Source of the DNA: a virus
Lineage: Duplodnaviria; Caudoviricetes
Strand: one strand, 5' to 3'
Virus record (IMG/VR): IMGVR_UViG_2690315653_000003
Location: 12,181-76,180 of that record
DNA length: 64,000 nucleotides
Shown here: positions 1 through 9,151 of the stretch, one piece after another
How the letters are laid out: every line of letters begins with the position of its first letter
Numbering within the stretch: the first letter of the stretch is position 1
Made by a program: the position numbers and the translations under genes
The notes under the pieces: model-generated
Databases searched by the model: none
Told to the model about the DNA's origin: nothing
What the model saw: the letters and a program-made list of their open reading frames with translations, nothing else

Positions 1-2
1 CC

Positions 3-755
3 CAGGAAAAACAGCGGGGTGCAGTGCAGCTTCTTGAAAACATTCTTTCCAATTATGGACCTGAATACAGGCAGGCTTTTGATGCTATCTATATCAATGG
101 GGTAAGTCCCCGTGATTATTTTGTTCAGGCTGAGCAGGTGGCTACTCTTCAGGATCTGGATCTGACTATCCCAGACAACCAGAAACAGGTGCTACGCAGA
201 CATTACCAGACACTGGGCTGGGATGCAGGTAAGATTCGGGCCAAAATTGAAAAGCTGGAAAATTATCAGGATCTGGAGGAAGAAGCCCGTGATATACATG
301 CCTCACTGGTTTTGAAAGAAAAGGATGCCCTGGTACAAAAGGAAAATGACAGGAAACAGGAGCTATCCAAAAAGGCTGCACAGGAACAGGAACATCAAAT
401 CAGTGTCGGACGCATCATCACTGAGAAATTAAAGGCCAAAGACTTTGATGGTATTCCACTGGATGAAAAAACGGCTCGCTCCCTGGGCGCTTATATGCTG
501 CAAAAGAAATGGCAGCTGGGAGAAAATCAGATCTCAGACTATGAAAAGGATATTTTAGATCTCTCGCGCCCGGAAAACAGACAAGCCCAGGTTAAGATAG
601 CCCTGTTGATGCAGCTATTGAAAGTAGACCCAACGCTTTCACGTCTTGGGCGAAAAGCGGAAACGGACAAATCAAATAAATTATTTTCCTTTCTGCAGAG
701 AGAGGAATCAACACAGAAAAAACAAGGTAAAAAGAGTACCAACTTTTTTGAGTAA
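3..755 (+). CDS. conserved crAss-like protein upstream of MCP (putative scaffold), 5'-truncated
   Basis: Frame is open from position 3 (QEKQRGAVQLLEN...), so the start is outside the window; charged, coiled-coil-like; directly before MCP. Confidence 0.65.
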   Translation, partial: QEKQRGAVQLLENILSNYGPEYRQAFDAIYINGVSPRDYFVQAEQVATLQDLDLTIPDNQKQVLRRHYQTLGWDAGKIRAKIEKLENYQDLEEEARDIHASLVLKEKDALVQKENDRKQELSKKAAQEQEHQISVGRIITEKLKAKDFDGIPLDEKTARSLGAYMLQKKWQLGENQISDYEKDILDLSRPENRQAQVKIALLMQLLKVDPTLSRLGRKAETDKSNKLFSFLQREESTQKKQGKKSTNFFE

Positions 756-824
756 TAACCCATTGTTTGTTAACCTATACTTACCCTGATCTAACCCGCC
801 AGGGAAGACCTATCCCTATTAAAA

Positions 825-2375
825 ATGCTTCAGACAATCCCAGGCTTCACCGGATTTAAGTACGGTCGGTATGCCAGCATGGAAGGACGCGCCATCGGTA
901 AGTTCACCGACTCCAACCACCTATCCACCCTGCGTAGTGAAAGACCGGCAGACTATGATAAAAAGATCATTGACATATATACTGAAACGCAGCTGTACAG
1001 CAACGATTTTCTAAATATGATCAATAAGGCCACCCCTTATTACATAGAAGGAAATACAGATTCCTTCCAGTGGGAAATTGCCGCACCATTCTTATTCCCC
1101 CAGGTAATAGAAGTGCCGGCTACAACCTTAAATCAGGATCGTATAGGCGTTGACGGTAAAGAGTTTCATTTGGTGTTAGACACTTCTGAGTTTGCCAAAA
1201 ATTCCGTCATTGTGTTAGGCCATAAAATGTTTGGCCCCAGGTTGTATGTGACCAAGGATCCACAGCCGTATACCATGGGCTACCTGTATGAATTCACGCT
1301 GGTCGCCGCAAATCCTCGCATTCAGTTCCTGGATAAACAGTGGATTCTCCCTGGTACCAGTTGCCAGTTAATCGATGTGGTGATAGGAGAGTTTGATCAG
1401 GATCTGGGTGGATTACCTCGTCTGGGCCGCACTATTAAAATGTTCGATTCTCTGGGAGCCAGTTATGGTTTTCAGCACAAAAATACCAAATGGGCGGATC
1501 AGAGAGTGCTGAAGGATTCAGTAACCGGAAAGCCACTTGACATCTTGTATTACGCAAAGATGGGGCAGAGAGGTGAATTGCCCACCAGTATCGCCAATAT
1601 CAGATGGGAACCTACCATTGAATTTTTGATCAGAAAGCAGATGCTGGAAACGAAAGTCCAGCGAATGATCTGGAGTACGCCTGGTACCGTTAAAACTGGT
1701 GGTAATAAACAAGAATTAAAGAAGATTTCTGGTGGTGTCTATTATAAAATGAAGCACTACGGAAACTACTTCCCGTACCATAAAGGAGAGCTATCTCCAG
1801 GACTTCTGCGAAGCATCTTCGGTGATTTATTCTATCGCCGGGTAGACATGAGCAAACGTAGAGTCGTGATGTTCACCAATGAAGCTGGATTCGATGTTTT
1901 CAACGAAGCGCTTAAACAGGATTTGATGAACCTGGGGCTTACTGTTATTGCCGATTCCAGGTTTATTGAAGGCTCTGGTCAGAACATGTCTGTGAATTTC
2001 GGTTTCAATAGTATGGTCTCCCGTGAGACAGGACGCGTAGAACTCAAACATCTGCAGGAACTGGATCTGCCACAACATAATCGGGAGTTTGGGCAAAACA
2101 AAAAGTCCACCCCAATATTTATGATTTTCGATGTCAGTCCTGAAAGTGATGGCACGTTCACTGATCGTATTCGCGAAGTACGTCAGGCAGGCGCACCATC
2201 GATGACTTACGGATACATAGATGGCAGGCAATCTCACCTGGGACACCAGGCATCTCAAGGTATGAATTCTGCATCGATGGATCCCGGATACATGCTTTGG
2301 ATGGAAGACCGCGCCGACATCTTTATAGAAGATCTCTCAAGGACAGTACTCATTGAAGAGATTCCACAATATTAA
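825..2375 (+). CDS. major capsid protein (crAss-like)
   Basis: 516 aa; position at head of structural block; sequence style (TDSNHL near N-term, C-term 'DIFIEDLSRTVLIEEIP') recognised as crAss-type MCP. Confidence 0.85.
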   Translation: MLQTIPGFTGFKYGRYASMEGRAIGKFTDSNHLSTLRSERPADYDKKIIDIYTETQLYSNDFLNMINKATPYYIEGNTDSFQWEIAAPFLFPQVIEVPATTLNQDRIGVDGKEFHLVLDTSEFAKNSVIVLGHKMFGPRLYVTKDPQPYTMGYLYEFTLVAANPRIQFLDKQWILPGTSCQLIDVVIGEFDQDLGGLPRLGRTIKMFDSLGASYGFQHKNTKWADQRVLKDSVTGKPLDILYYAKMGQRGELPTSIANIRWEPTIEFLIRKQMLETKVQRMIWSTPGTVKTGGNKQELKKISGGVYYKMKHYGNYFPYHKGELSPGLLRSIFGDLFYRRVDMSKRRVVMFTNEAGFDVFNEALKQDLMNLGLTVIADSRFIEGSGQNMSVNFGFNSMVSRETGRVELKHLQELDLPQHNREFGQNKKSTPIFMIFDVSPESDGTFTDRIREVRQAGAPSMTYGYIDGRQSHLGHQASQGMNSASMDPGYMLWMEDRADIFIEDLSRTVLIEEIPQY

Positions 2376-2398
2376 TTCCTATAACCCCCTTACAGCAC

Positions 2399-2438
2399 GG
2401 TTGCTACGGCGTTCCCGCTTACCGGCAACCTCCCTTTT
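2399..2438 (+). terminator. possible hairpin/terminator after MCP
   Basis: GGTTGC..CGG...CCG.GCAACC imperfect stem followed by CCCTTTT. Confidence 0.35.
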
Positions 2439-2452
2439 ATAAAATTTAGCTA

Positions 2453-3409
2453 ATGAGTAAAGTAGGTGTTATCTCAAGTATTCCTCTTTCAGAGGCAACA
2501 ACAGGTTACGAAGGTGCCCTGGCTGCTGTTAACTTAACCAGAGCGCCTGGTACCGGTACAATGTTTCTTCCCTATAAGGAAAAGAATAATGAATACAGAA
2601 CCGGACTGGATGCTGAGGCAGTCTATATCAGACGTATCTCCGATGGACATGCGCAGAAAATTGAAAAGGAAAAAGTCACCAAAGAAAGGCAACGGTTAGA
2701 GCAGATTTTAAAGCTGGATTTAAGCCCACGGTCTGATTACTATAATATCTCTACCTGGTCGCCGACAGCCAAAAACAGGCCGGTTATTGAACCTGTAAAA
2801 CTTGGTGATGGTAAAACATATTTCAATCTTGAAGATCCTTTGCAGGCTGTGGCTTACGCTTTTCTAAGAGTGCATCCACATATTGCTACCTCTATGGAAG
2901 CCTACCAGCGGGGAGATTTTCCCGATGCCCGGTTTTATGTGATGGATGATGAAGTGGAGCAGGAAATTACCTATCGAAAGAAGACACATCTCAACAAAGC
3001 CATTTTTACACTGGATAATCTGTCGCTGGAGAAACGGAAAAAAATAGCAAGGCAATGCTCCCTTCCTGTCAGTGATGCCGATAAAGAGCAGGTGGTGTAC
3101 AACCAACTGGACAGCTTTATAAAGCAGGGCGTTATTAAATCAGGTCCCTTTGAGGGCGTAGCCGGAGTAGATATATTCATGCGCTTTATAACAATTTCTG
3201 ATGAGGTCCTGCATGTAAAAGATCTGGTACGCCAGGCTATCACACATTCAATCTACCGGCGCGATAAGCTCTCCAAACTTTTTGAGGGTGAAATTGAAAT
3301 TGCCAAATCAGAAGAACAGTTGGTGGACTACCTGCTCGATGAAAAAAATCAGGCCGATATATTAATGCTGGAAGATAAACTGAGAGCAAAAAAATCAATT
3401 CTGGCATGA
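2453..3409 (+). CDS. conserved crAss-like virion protein following MCP
   Basis: 318 aa ORF in the conserved position after MCP; overlaps next gene by ATGA. Confidence 0.65.
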   Translation: MSKVGVISSIPLSEATTGYEGALAAVNLTRAPGTGTMFLPYKEKNNEYRTGLDAEAVYIRRISDGHAQKIEKEKVTKERQRLEQILKLDLSPRSDYYNISTWSPTAKNRPVIEPVKLGDGKTYFNLEDPLQAVAYAFLRVHPHIATSMEAYQRGDFPDARFYVMDDEVEQEITYRKKTHLNKAIFTLDNLSLEKRKKIARQCSLPVSDADKEQVVYNQLDSFIKQGVIKSGPFEGVAGVDIFMRFITISDEVLHVKDLVRQAITHSIYRRDKLSKLFEGEIEIAKSEEQLVDYLLDEKNQADILMLEDKLRAKKSILA

Positions 3410-4122
3410 TAGCAGTACAGCAGCTATTATATGATATAGACCTAAAGTTAAATAAGGTAGCTACCAGTAGTCACCAATTTATTTCGTTAGAGGATAAGCT
3501 GATAGCCATTAACGATGCCCAGTATTTGCTGATAAAACAAAAAGTAGCTGGCTCTGTCAACACAGCAGGGCTGGATGGAAATAAGAGAAGATATGATGAT
3601 CTGGAAAATCTGATTGTACCACATACAATGCTGCCGGTATTTGAAGATAATTCAGATGGACTACCTGGTTATTATTCAGATTTATCGGGTCTTTCCCTTC
3701 CTTATATGTTTTTTATAGATGCTTTTTTTATTTGTAAAAAAGGTACATGTAAGGATAGGGTGGTACATGGATTCAGAATCAAGCATGCTGATTTGCAGCA
3801 GGTTTTAAAGAATTCAAACATCTGCCCCTCTTTTGAATACCAGGAAATGCCATTTACAGTTACATCTGGCAGATTATACGGATTTACAGATGGGACTTAT
3901 ACTGTGGATCACACTTATCTATCCTATATCCGTTATCCATCCCGTGTTGATATGGAAGGATACATTGATTTTAATGGCGCACCTTCTGTTACTACCGACT
4001 GTGAACTAAAGCAATATCTCAAAGATGAGTTAGTAGATATCGCCACCGGGCAACTGGCGATGAATACTGAAAATACTCCAGCCGCCGGATACGCGCAGGC
4101 AAGAATACATCAACAACCCTAA
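3406..4122 (+). CDS. head-tail ring/adaptor protein
   Basis: 238 aa; 'IDLKLNKV', 'YIRYP', 'CEL...DELVDIA' pattern typical of crAss ring/adaptor proteins. Confidence 0.65.
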   Translation: MIAVQQLLYDIDLKLNKVATSSHQFISLEDKLIAINDAQYLLIKQKVAGSVNTAGLDGNKRRYDDLENLIVPHTMLPVFEDNSDGLPGYYSDLSGLSLPYMFFIDAFFICKKGTCKDRVVHGFRIKHADLQQVLKNSNICPSFEYQEMPFTVTSGRLYGFTDGTYTVDHTYLSYIRYPSRVDMEGYIDFNGAPSVTTDCELKQYLKDELVDIATGQLAMNTENTPAAGYAQARIHQQP

Positions 4123-4149
4123 ATCCTATTAACCCTATAAGCCAATACC

Positions 4150-5268
4150 ATGGATTTTTCACTTACTACCATGTTTGTATTACCCCCTAATAACACTTTG
4201 CCGGTAGCCGGATCCACTGAGGATCTTCTTCCAAAACAATTTGGGGTATTTGGGGCTGCCTACCAGCCTTATTCTTCTGTCAATGAACCATATCTGTACC
4301 TGGCTCAGGGAAGGTTAGAGAATGTTCCAAATACAGGATCAAAGAAATCCGGAAAAATTGCAAAAAATAAGATCGTCTCCTGGTATAAGGTAACTGCAGA
4401 ACCTAATACATACGATCAATCTACCATTGTTTCTGATTTTCAGGTCAAATGCGGTGACCAGATGACTATTACCATCAGAGCCCATAGCAACTATATTGAT
4501 AGCGGTTTTGCTAATGGCTATACGCAATCTGTAACCGTGGAGGCACCTTGCTGCGGATGCGGAGCTGATCCCTGCACAAACACAGATCCCGCTGACGTTC
4601 AGCTCATGCTCGATGATGCTATCGCCAAATTTATGGTCTCTGGCCCATTTATGGGTAGTGTGCTTTCAAACTACATCGATGTTACCCGTGAGGGGGAAGG
4701 TGCCGATGCCAAACTTATCATTAATGGTAAACCACTTACCCCGGATGGAAGGATTTGTGATGTGAGTGCTAACCCATGGGAATATGACAGGTTATGGTAC
4801 GCCGTTTTTGTAACCAAAGGGGCAGATACCACGCAGGATCCGCTGGTCTATGACAGATGTGAGCAGATTGCCACCGTTACAACGACCCCTCAATATGGAT
4901 TTATCAGAGGAAATTCTGAACAGATATACCAGATGGAGAAATATTACTATTCCTATCAGTCCCCGGAGTTTAAAACCCTGGTAAACAATCCTGGATGGAA
5001 TGGAGCCTATGAAAGCTATGTAGTTGATGGGCAATATTACGATACCTATTACCTGAAATTTCTGTCAGTAGATGATCTGGGAACCTGGGATAATTCTCTG
5101 CCTCAGGATCAGACGGTAATTATTGCCATTCCTATCACTCAGAGCGCTCCGTTCGAGACAATAATGACAGCCTATCTGGGGGCCGCTCCAACAAATGTAT
5201 CTCCTGTAGTGAGAACAACTACCACAACTAGTAGTTCTACTACCAGCACGTTCACTTCATTTAACTGA
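4150..5268 (+). CDS. capsid auxiliary/decoration-type structural protein with C-terminal Thr/Ser tract
   Basis: 372 aa, beta-rich; CCGC motif; ends RTTTTTSSSTTSTFTSFN. Confidence 0.6.
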   Translation: MDFSLTTMFVLPPNNTLPVAGSTEDLLPKQFGVFGAAYQPYSSVNEPYLYLAQGRLENVPNTGSKKSGKIAKNKIVSWYKVTAEPNTYDQSTIVSDFQVKCGDQMTITIRAHSNYIDSGFANGYTQSVTVEAPCCGCGADPCTNTDPADVQLMLDDAIAKFMVSGPFMGSVLSNYIDVTREGEGADAKLIINGKPLTPDGRICDVSANPWEYDRLWYAVFVTKGADTTQDPLVYDRCEQIATVTTTPQYGFIRGNSEQIYQMEKYYYSYQSPEFKTLVNNPGWNGAYESYVVDGQYYDTYYLKFLSVDDLGTWDNSLPQDQTVIIAIPITQSAPFETIMTAYLGAAPTNVSPVVRTTTTTSSSTTSTFTSFN

Positions 5269-5276
5269 CGACTCTA

Positions 5277-5735
5277 ATGGAAAAGTTAACCCTTGAAAGA
5301 ATTGAAACACTCCATCCCCGCGTACGTTCTCAGGTAAAGGAAATTCTGGAAGAGTTGGAGTTACCAGACAATGTTCAGGTTCGTATTACCCAGGCACTCA
5401 GAACTTTTAAAGAGCAGGATGGACTGTTTGCGCAAGGCAGAACCAAGCCGGGATCCAAAGTGACCAATGCTGCCGGCGGTGAGAGCATTCACAATTATGG
5501 TCTTGCTTTCGACTATGCGCTTTTGATCGATACCAAAATATCCTGGAAGGTGGATGAGAACTGGAAAAAAGTGGCGCAGGCATTCAAAGCTAAAGGATGG
5601 ACCTGGGGTGGGGAGTGGAAATCTATCAAAGACTATCCACATCTGGAAAACACATTTGGGTATACCTGGCAAAAGTTGCTGGAAAAATATAAGAAAGGAG
5701 ATTTTATAAAAGGTACCCAATATGTTAACCTATGA
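5277..5735 (+). CDS. M15-family peptidoglycan endopeptidase (L-Ala-D-Glu peptidase-like; endolysin candidate)
   Basis: Motifs R.FKEQDGLFAQGRT, VTNA.GG.S.HNYGLAFD, WGG.W...KDYPHLE (Zn ligands H, D, H). Confidence 0.92.
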   Translation: MEKLTLERIETLHPRVRSQVKEILEELELPDNVQVRITQALRTFKEQDGLFAQGRTKPGSKVTNAAGGESIHNYGLAFDYALLIDTKISWKVDENWKKVAQAFKAKGWTWGGEWKSIKDYPHLENTFGYTWQKLLEKYKKGDFIKGTQYVNL

Positions 5736-6244
5736 TCATCCTGGATATTGACCTGATTGAGACTTATAATAGCTCCATATTAGCCATCGCAGATGTAAGC
5801 AGCTATCCACCAGAAAAAAATATTGAAAACCCATTTATTGAAATCACCCCACCGGGATTTTCAAAAGTGGGTCTTTCTTTTATCCCAAAAACGGTGAACC
5901 TGTTTAACAGCACCAGCATAGAGCTAACCAACCCGGAAGTAAAACCAGCGCCGCTGCCGGACGGTATTTATCACCTGAAGTACTCCGTTAGACCCAATTA
6001 TGAAATATATACTCAGAAAACCTTTTTAAAAACAAATGGGATCAGGGAACGCTTTGATATTGCTTTTCTGAAGGCAGATGTAAGTAACTGTGACAGTAGA
6101 AGTGCTGCCAGGTTCAGATCTAAACTGGATCTGATTTCATTTTACCTGCAATATGCCATGGCAGCCGCTAATATCTGCAATGAAAAACTAGCCATGGATC
6201 TGTACCGAAAAGCTCAGCGACTTCTTGATAAGTTTGATTGTTAA
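5732..6244 (+). CDS. conserved phage structural protein
   Basis: 170 aa; 'LPDGIYHLKYSV' motif; ATGA-coupled to upstream gene. Confidence 0.6.
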   Translation: MIILDIDLIETYNSSILAIADVSSYPPEKNIENPFIEITPPGFSKVGLSFIPKTVNLFNSTSIELTNPEVKPAPLPDGIYHLKYSVRPNYEIYTQKTFLKTNGIRERFDIAFLKADVSNCDSRSAARFRSKLDLISFYLQYAMAAANICNEKLAMDLYRKAQRLLDKFDC

Positions 6245-6266
6245 CCTGAAAAAAAACAAAATAAGT

Positions 6267-6383
6267 ATGGCCAGCTGTAAGATATGTGGTACTGCTATCT
6301 GTGATTGTAAAATAGTGTGTGATGCCTGCTCTCAGACTAACCTTACCCCTGAAGCAACAGTCGCTCCTGTAAAACCCGCGTAA
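6267..6383 (+). CDS. small Cys-rich (Zn-ribbon-like) protein, 38 aa, not in the ORF track
   Basis: ATG at 6267 after an A-rich leader; MASCKICGTAICDCKIVCDACSQTNLTPEATVAPVKPA*; fills the gap between two genes. Confidence 0.7.
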   Translation: MASCKICGTAICDCKIVCDACSQTNLTPEATVAPVKPA

Positions 6384-6388
6384 GGAAT

Positions 6389-6679
6389 ATGAATCTGTTT
6401 ATTACCAGTAATCTCCATCCATGTCCTGGATGTCAGGATAGCCGCAATCTCATTTGTCTGATTGATAAACACCTTTCTGCCAGCGGATATAACCTATTAA
6501 GTAATTCCCGGTTGGGTTTAAGTAACCCGGTAGATATGACCACCGATAAAAGGCTTTTAATATACCGGCACATACTTTCTGCCCGAATGATTAATCCTGA
6601 TTATGCCGCCGGTTTGTCCACCAGTGAGATTATCAGCCGGACATCTCAACTCCTTTATAGCTATGGGCTGCGATTGTAA
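6389..6679 (+). CDS. hypothetical structural-module protein
   Basis: 96 aa, CPGC near N-term, co-oriented and tightly packed. Confidence 0.55.
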   Translation: MNLFITSNLHPCPGCQDSRNLICLIDKHLSASGYNLLSNSRLGLSNPVDMTTDKRLLIYRHILSARMINPDYAAGLSTSEIISRTSQLLYSYGLRL

Positions 6680-7772
6680 TAAAACCAACTATGAATGTAA
6701 TGGCGTCAATGTTTCCTCAGATTGTGTTATCTGGCGGGGAGATCCTATTCCACTACTGGGTATTTGCACCGGGGATCCGCTGACATTTCTGGAAATGCAG
6801 ATCATTGATAAGATCGCTGAGCTGTTGGATAAAGAAGATAAGACGCTGGAAGATTTTGATGTCTCTACCTGTCCGGCCCTAAGCAGTAAGCTACTTGGAA
6901 AAGAGCCACAGATCGCCTCCCTGCTGCAAATTATCTGGACAAATCAGTGCAGCCTCGGGCAGGCAATTACCCAGTTACAACAAAAAGTAGATGCTGAAAA
7001 ACCTACCCCTTATCCATTCCAGTTAGTATGTATCACTCCTCCCGGAGGGGGAAGTTCCAGCGATGCCATTTTACAGGGTGTTTTAAATAAAGTATGTGAG
7101 CTGCAAACGCAATTAGCAACGGTTGCTCCAGCGGTAGAGGAAGCAACAAAGATAATGATAACTGAGTATCTGGGACAGGTATTAAGGGGACTTGGGAGCA
7201 GAGGAATAGTAAAATCGGGAACAGGAAGTAATCAGTCTTTCCTGTTTAACTCATTTGTCCCTCCATATTGTCCGTTGCCGTACTATGGACCAGTGACTAA
7301 TTTTGATGCTACCGGAAAGGGACTCGTTGGTACTGCTTATGAAGGGTGGTATTTTATGAGTGGACTTAATGGTATTCCTGATTTAAGAGGAAGAACACTG
7401 GTGGCAGCAGTAAAAGATATTCCTGGTCTTGCCCTGGACAGTGAAATAGATCCTACAAAGGCTGATAATGCCGGTACTAACTATATACCTGGTCAGAAAT
7501 TCGGATACAGCTTTGTAAAACTACTGGCAACCCAGATGCCTGTACATAACCATGGAGTTGTTGATCCTGGACATTATCACCAAAGTATATATCCAACACC
7601 GGAAAAATTTTCAGGGAATAAATTTGATTCTGCCAATCAGAGTAATACCACTCTCAAGGATACTTCAATTGCCAAAACGGGTATAACAATAGCTAATAGT
7701 GGAGGAGGGCAGTCCCATGATAATCGTCAACCCAGCTTTACCATTACCGGATACATAATGAGAATTGACTAA
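6663..7772 (+). CDS. tail fibre/collar protein (tail-collar domain at C-terminus)
   Basis: Start moved to ATG 6663 (MGCDCNK); 'GLNGIPDLRGRT', 'MPVHNHGVVDPGHYH', 'GGGQSHDNRQP...YIMRI' are tail-collar/short-fibre motifs. Confidence 0.8.
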   Translation: MGCDCNKTNYECNGVNVSSDCVIWRGDPIPLLGICTGDPLTFLEMQIIDKIAELLDKEDKTLEDFDVSTCPALSSKLLGKEPQIASLLQIIWTNQCSLGQAITQLQQKVDAEKPTPYPFQLVCITPPGGGSSSDAILQGVLNKVCELQTQLATVAPAVEEATKIMITEYLGQVLRGLGSRGIVKSGTGSNQSFLFNSFVPPYCPLPYYGPVTNFDATGKGLVGTAYEGWYFMSGLNGIPDLRGRTLVAAVKDIPGLALDSEIDPTKADNAGTNYIPGQKFGYSFVKLLATQMPVHNHGVVDPGHYHQSIYPTPEKFSGNKFDSANQSNTTLKDTSIAKTGITIANSGGGQSHDNRQPSFTITGYIMRID

Positions 7773-7789
7773 CCATTAAATTTAAATCA

Positions 7790-9151
7790 GTGCCTTGTCC
7801 AGACTGCCATCCATCCGGCCCCATATATGCTTTCCCATTTCCTGATGCCCCATGTAATGATCCCGGTAATCCAGATTGTTGCGAACATATAATTAAGGCC
7901 AGCTGTATTGAAAATGATGGTCTTCCTCTTAACTGTATAGTATCTGACACGAAGGAAAAGTTGGATATCATTTTGCAAAAGATTGATCAGAAGATTTGTG
8001 AGATCACAGGTAGTAGCGATCCTTTTAATAATTATAGTCTTCTGTGCCTGGAACCGGTAAGTAGCCAAAAAGTATTTGCCGAAAAAACGGCTGCAATGCT
8101 TTGCCAACTGAGGTCTACTGTGGTGAACTTTACTACCAACATTTTTCCTGCAGAAATTACGGCTATCAGAAATGATATTACTACGTTAAATAAAGCTGGC
8201 TTCAATTATGAATGTCCAGTATTAAACATTGCCCAGGCCGATTCCATTGCGGAAACTTTATTTAAGCTTGCCAATGCTATTTGTAACGTTTATTCCTCTC
8301 AGCTAGACTTGTCCAGTGTAGACTGGAACAATTGCTCTTCGGCTGAACCTGTACCACAGACCATTCAGGAGGGCTTTAACTTTCTGTTAGATCAAATTTG
8401 TGCTTTGACCACCGGGGGACAGACTCTTCCTACTTTTGATAATACCGGAACATGTCTTACTGCAGGTACAGCGCTTGATAGCCTTTCAGATACCATTACA
8501 AAAATTCGTGCACGTTTGTGTAGTCTGCCCACATTCTCTGTTTCGGCATTAACTAGTTCCTGTATCAACTTTTCGGGGGTTACGAGCCTTGAAGGAACAT
8601 TATCAAAAATATTTGAGGCGATAGATCTGCTTACCAAAAATACGATCAGACAGGTTGATACTGATATGTTCAATATTTCTGATGCCGATGGAACGCAGCC
8701 CTGCCTGGGAAAGAAAATATCGCTTTCAGGGCAGGTTGCAGGATCTGATAGACTTGTTGCTGTATCTGCGGCAGATAGTAATCCAGGGACTCTTGAAGAT
8801 AAACTTGAACAGGGAGAAGGAATAATTTTGGATACATTTACCACTTCTGGCAAAATTATTATCAAAACTTCTTCCCAACCGGAATACAAAGTAAAGTCTA
8901 CCTCTTCTGATGCTGCAGCCGGCTTTCTGGATGAAAAAATTATAGGATCAAATGGAACAATTAATACTGCTGTATCCCCAAACAGTGGCAAGTTACAGAT
9001 ATCGTCTTCAATAGATTACGATTTATTAATAGATCGTCTCTTTGATATAATGGAGACAGATGCAGATATCAAGGCAAGGTTTTGCGCTTTGGTTTCATCC
9101 TGTCCTTCTCCTTGCGCTCCACCTACTAATGTTCAGGCAATACCAGCATAA
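7790..9151 (+). CDS. Cys-rich fibre/structural protein with internal repeats
   Basis: 453 aa; repeated helix-ending-in-Cys modules; two 'V.....D...G.L..K' repeats. Confidence 0.6.
   Translation: MPCPDCHPSGPIYAFPFPDAPCNDPGNPDCCEHIIKASCIENDGLPLNCIVSDTKEKLDIILQKIDQKICEITGSSDPFNNYSLLCLEPVSSQKVFAEKTAAMLCQLRSTVVNFTTNIFPAEITAIRNDITTLNKAGFNYECPVLNIAQADSIAETLFKLANAICNVYSSQLDLSSVDWNNCSSAEPVPQTIQEGFNFLLDQICALTTGGQTLPTFDNTGTCLTAGTALDSLSDTITKIRARLCSLPTFSVSALTSSCINFSGVTSLEGTLSKIFEAIDLLTKNTIRQVDTDMFNISDADGTQPCLGKKISLSGQVAGSDRLVAVSAADSNPGTLEDKLEQGEGIILDTFTTSGKIIIKTSSQPEYKVKSTSSDAAAGFLDEKIIGSNGTINTAVSPNSGKLQISSSIDYDLLIDRLFDIMETDADIKARFCALVSSCPSPCAPPTNVQAIPA

Noticed and set aside
6603-6662. Longer start for the tail-collar gene; likewise 41138, 42400 and 49039 starts
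   Set aside because: Downstream ATGs (6663, 41162, 42484, 48955) give better junctions or match the paralogue N-terminus
8392-8991. 199-aa antisense ORF, and similar short antisense or alternate-frame ORFs in the track
   Set aside because: Fully nested opposite or inside well-supported genes with no motifs; shadow ORFs
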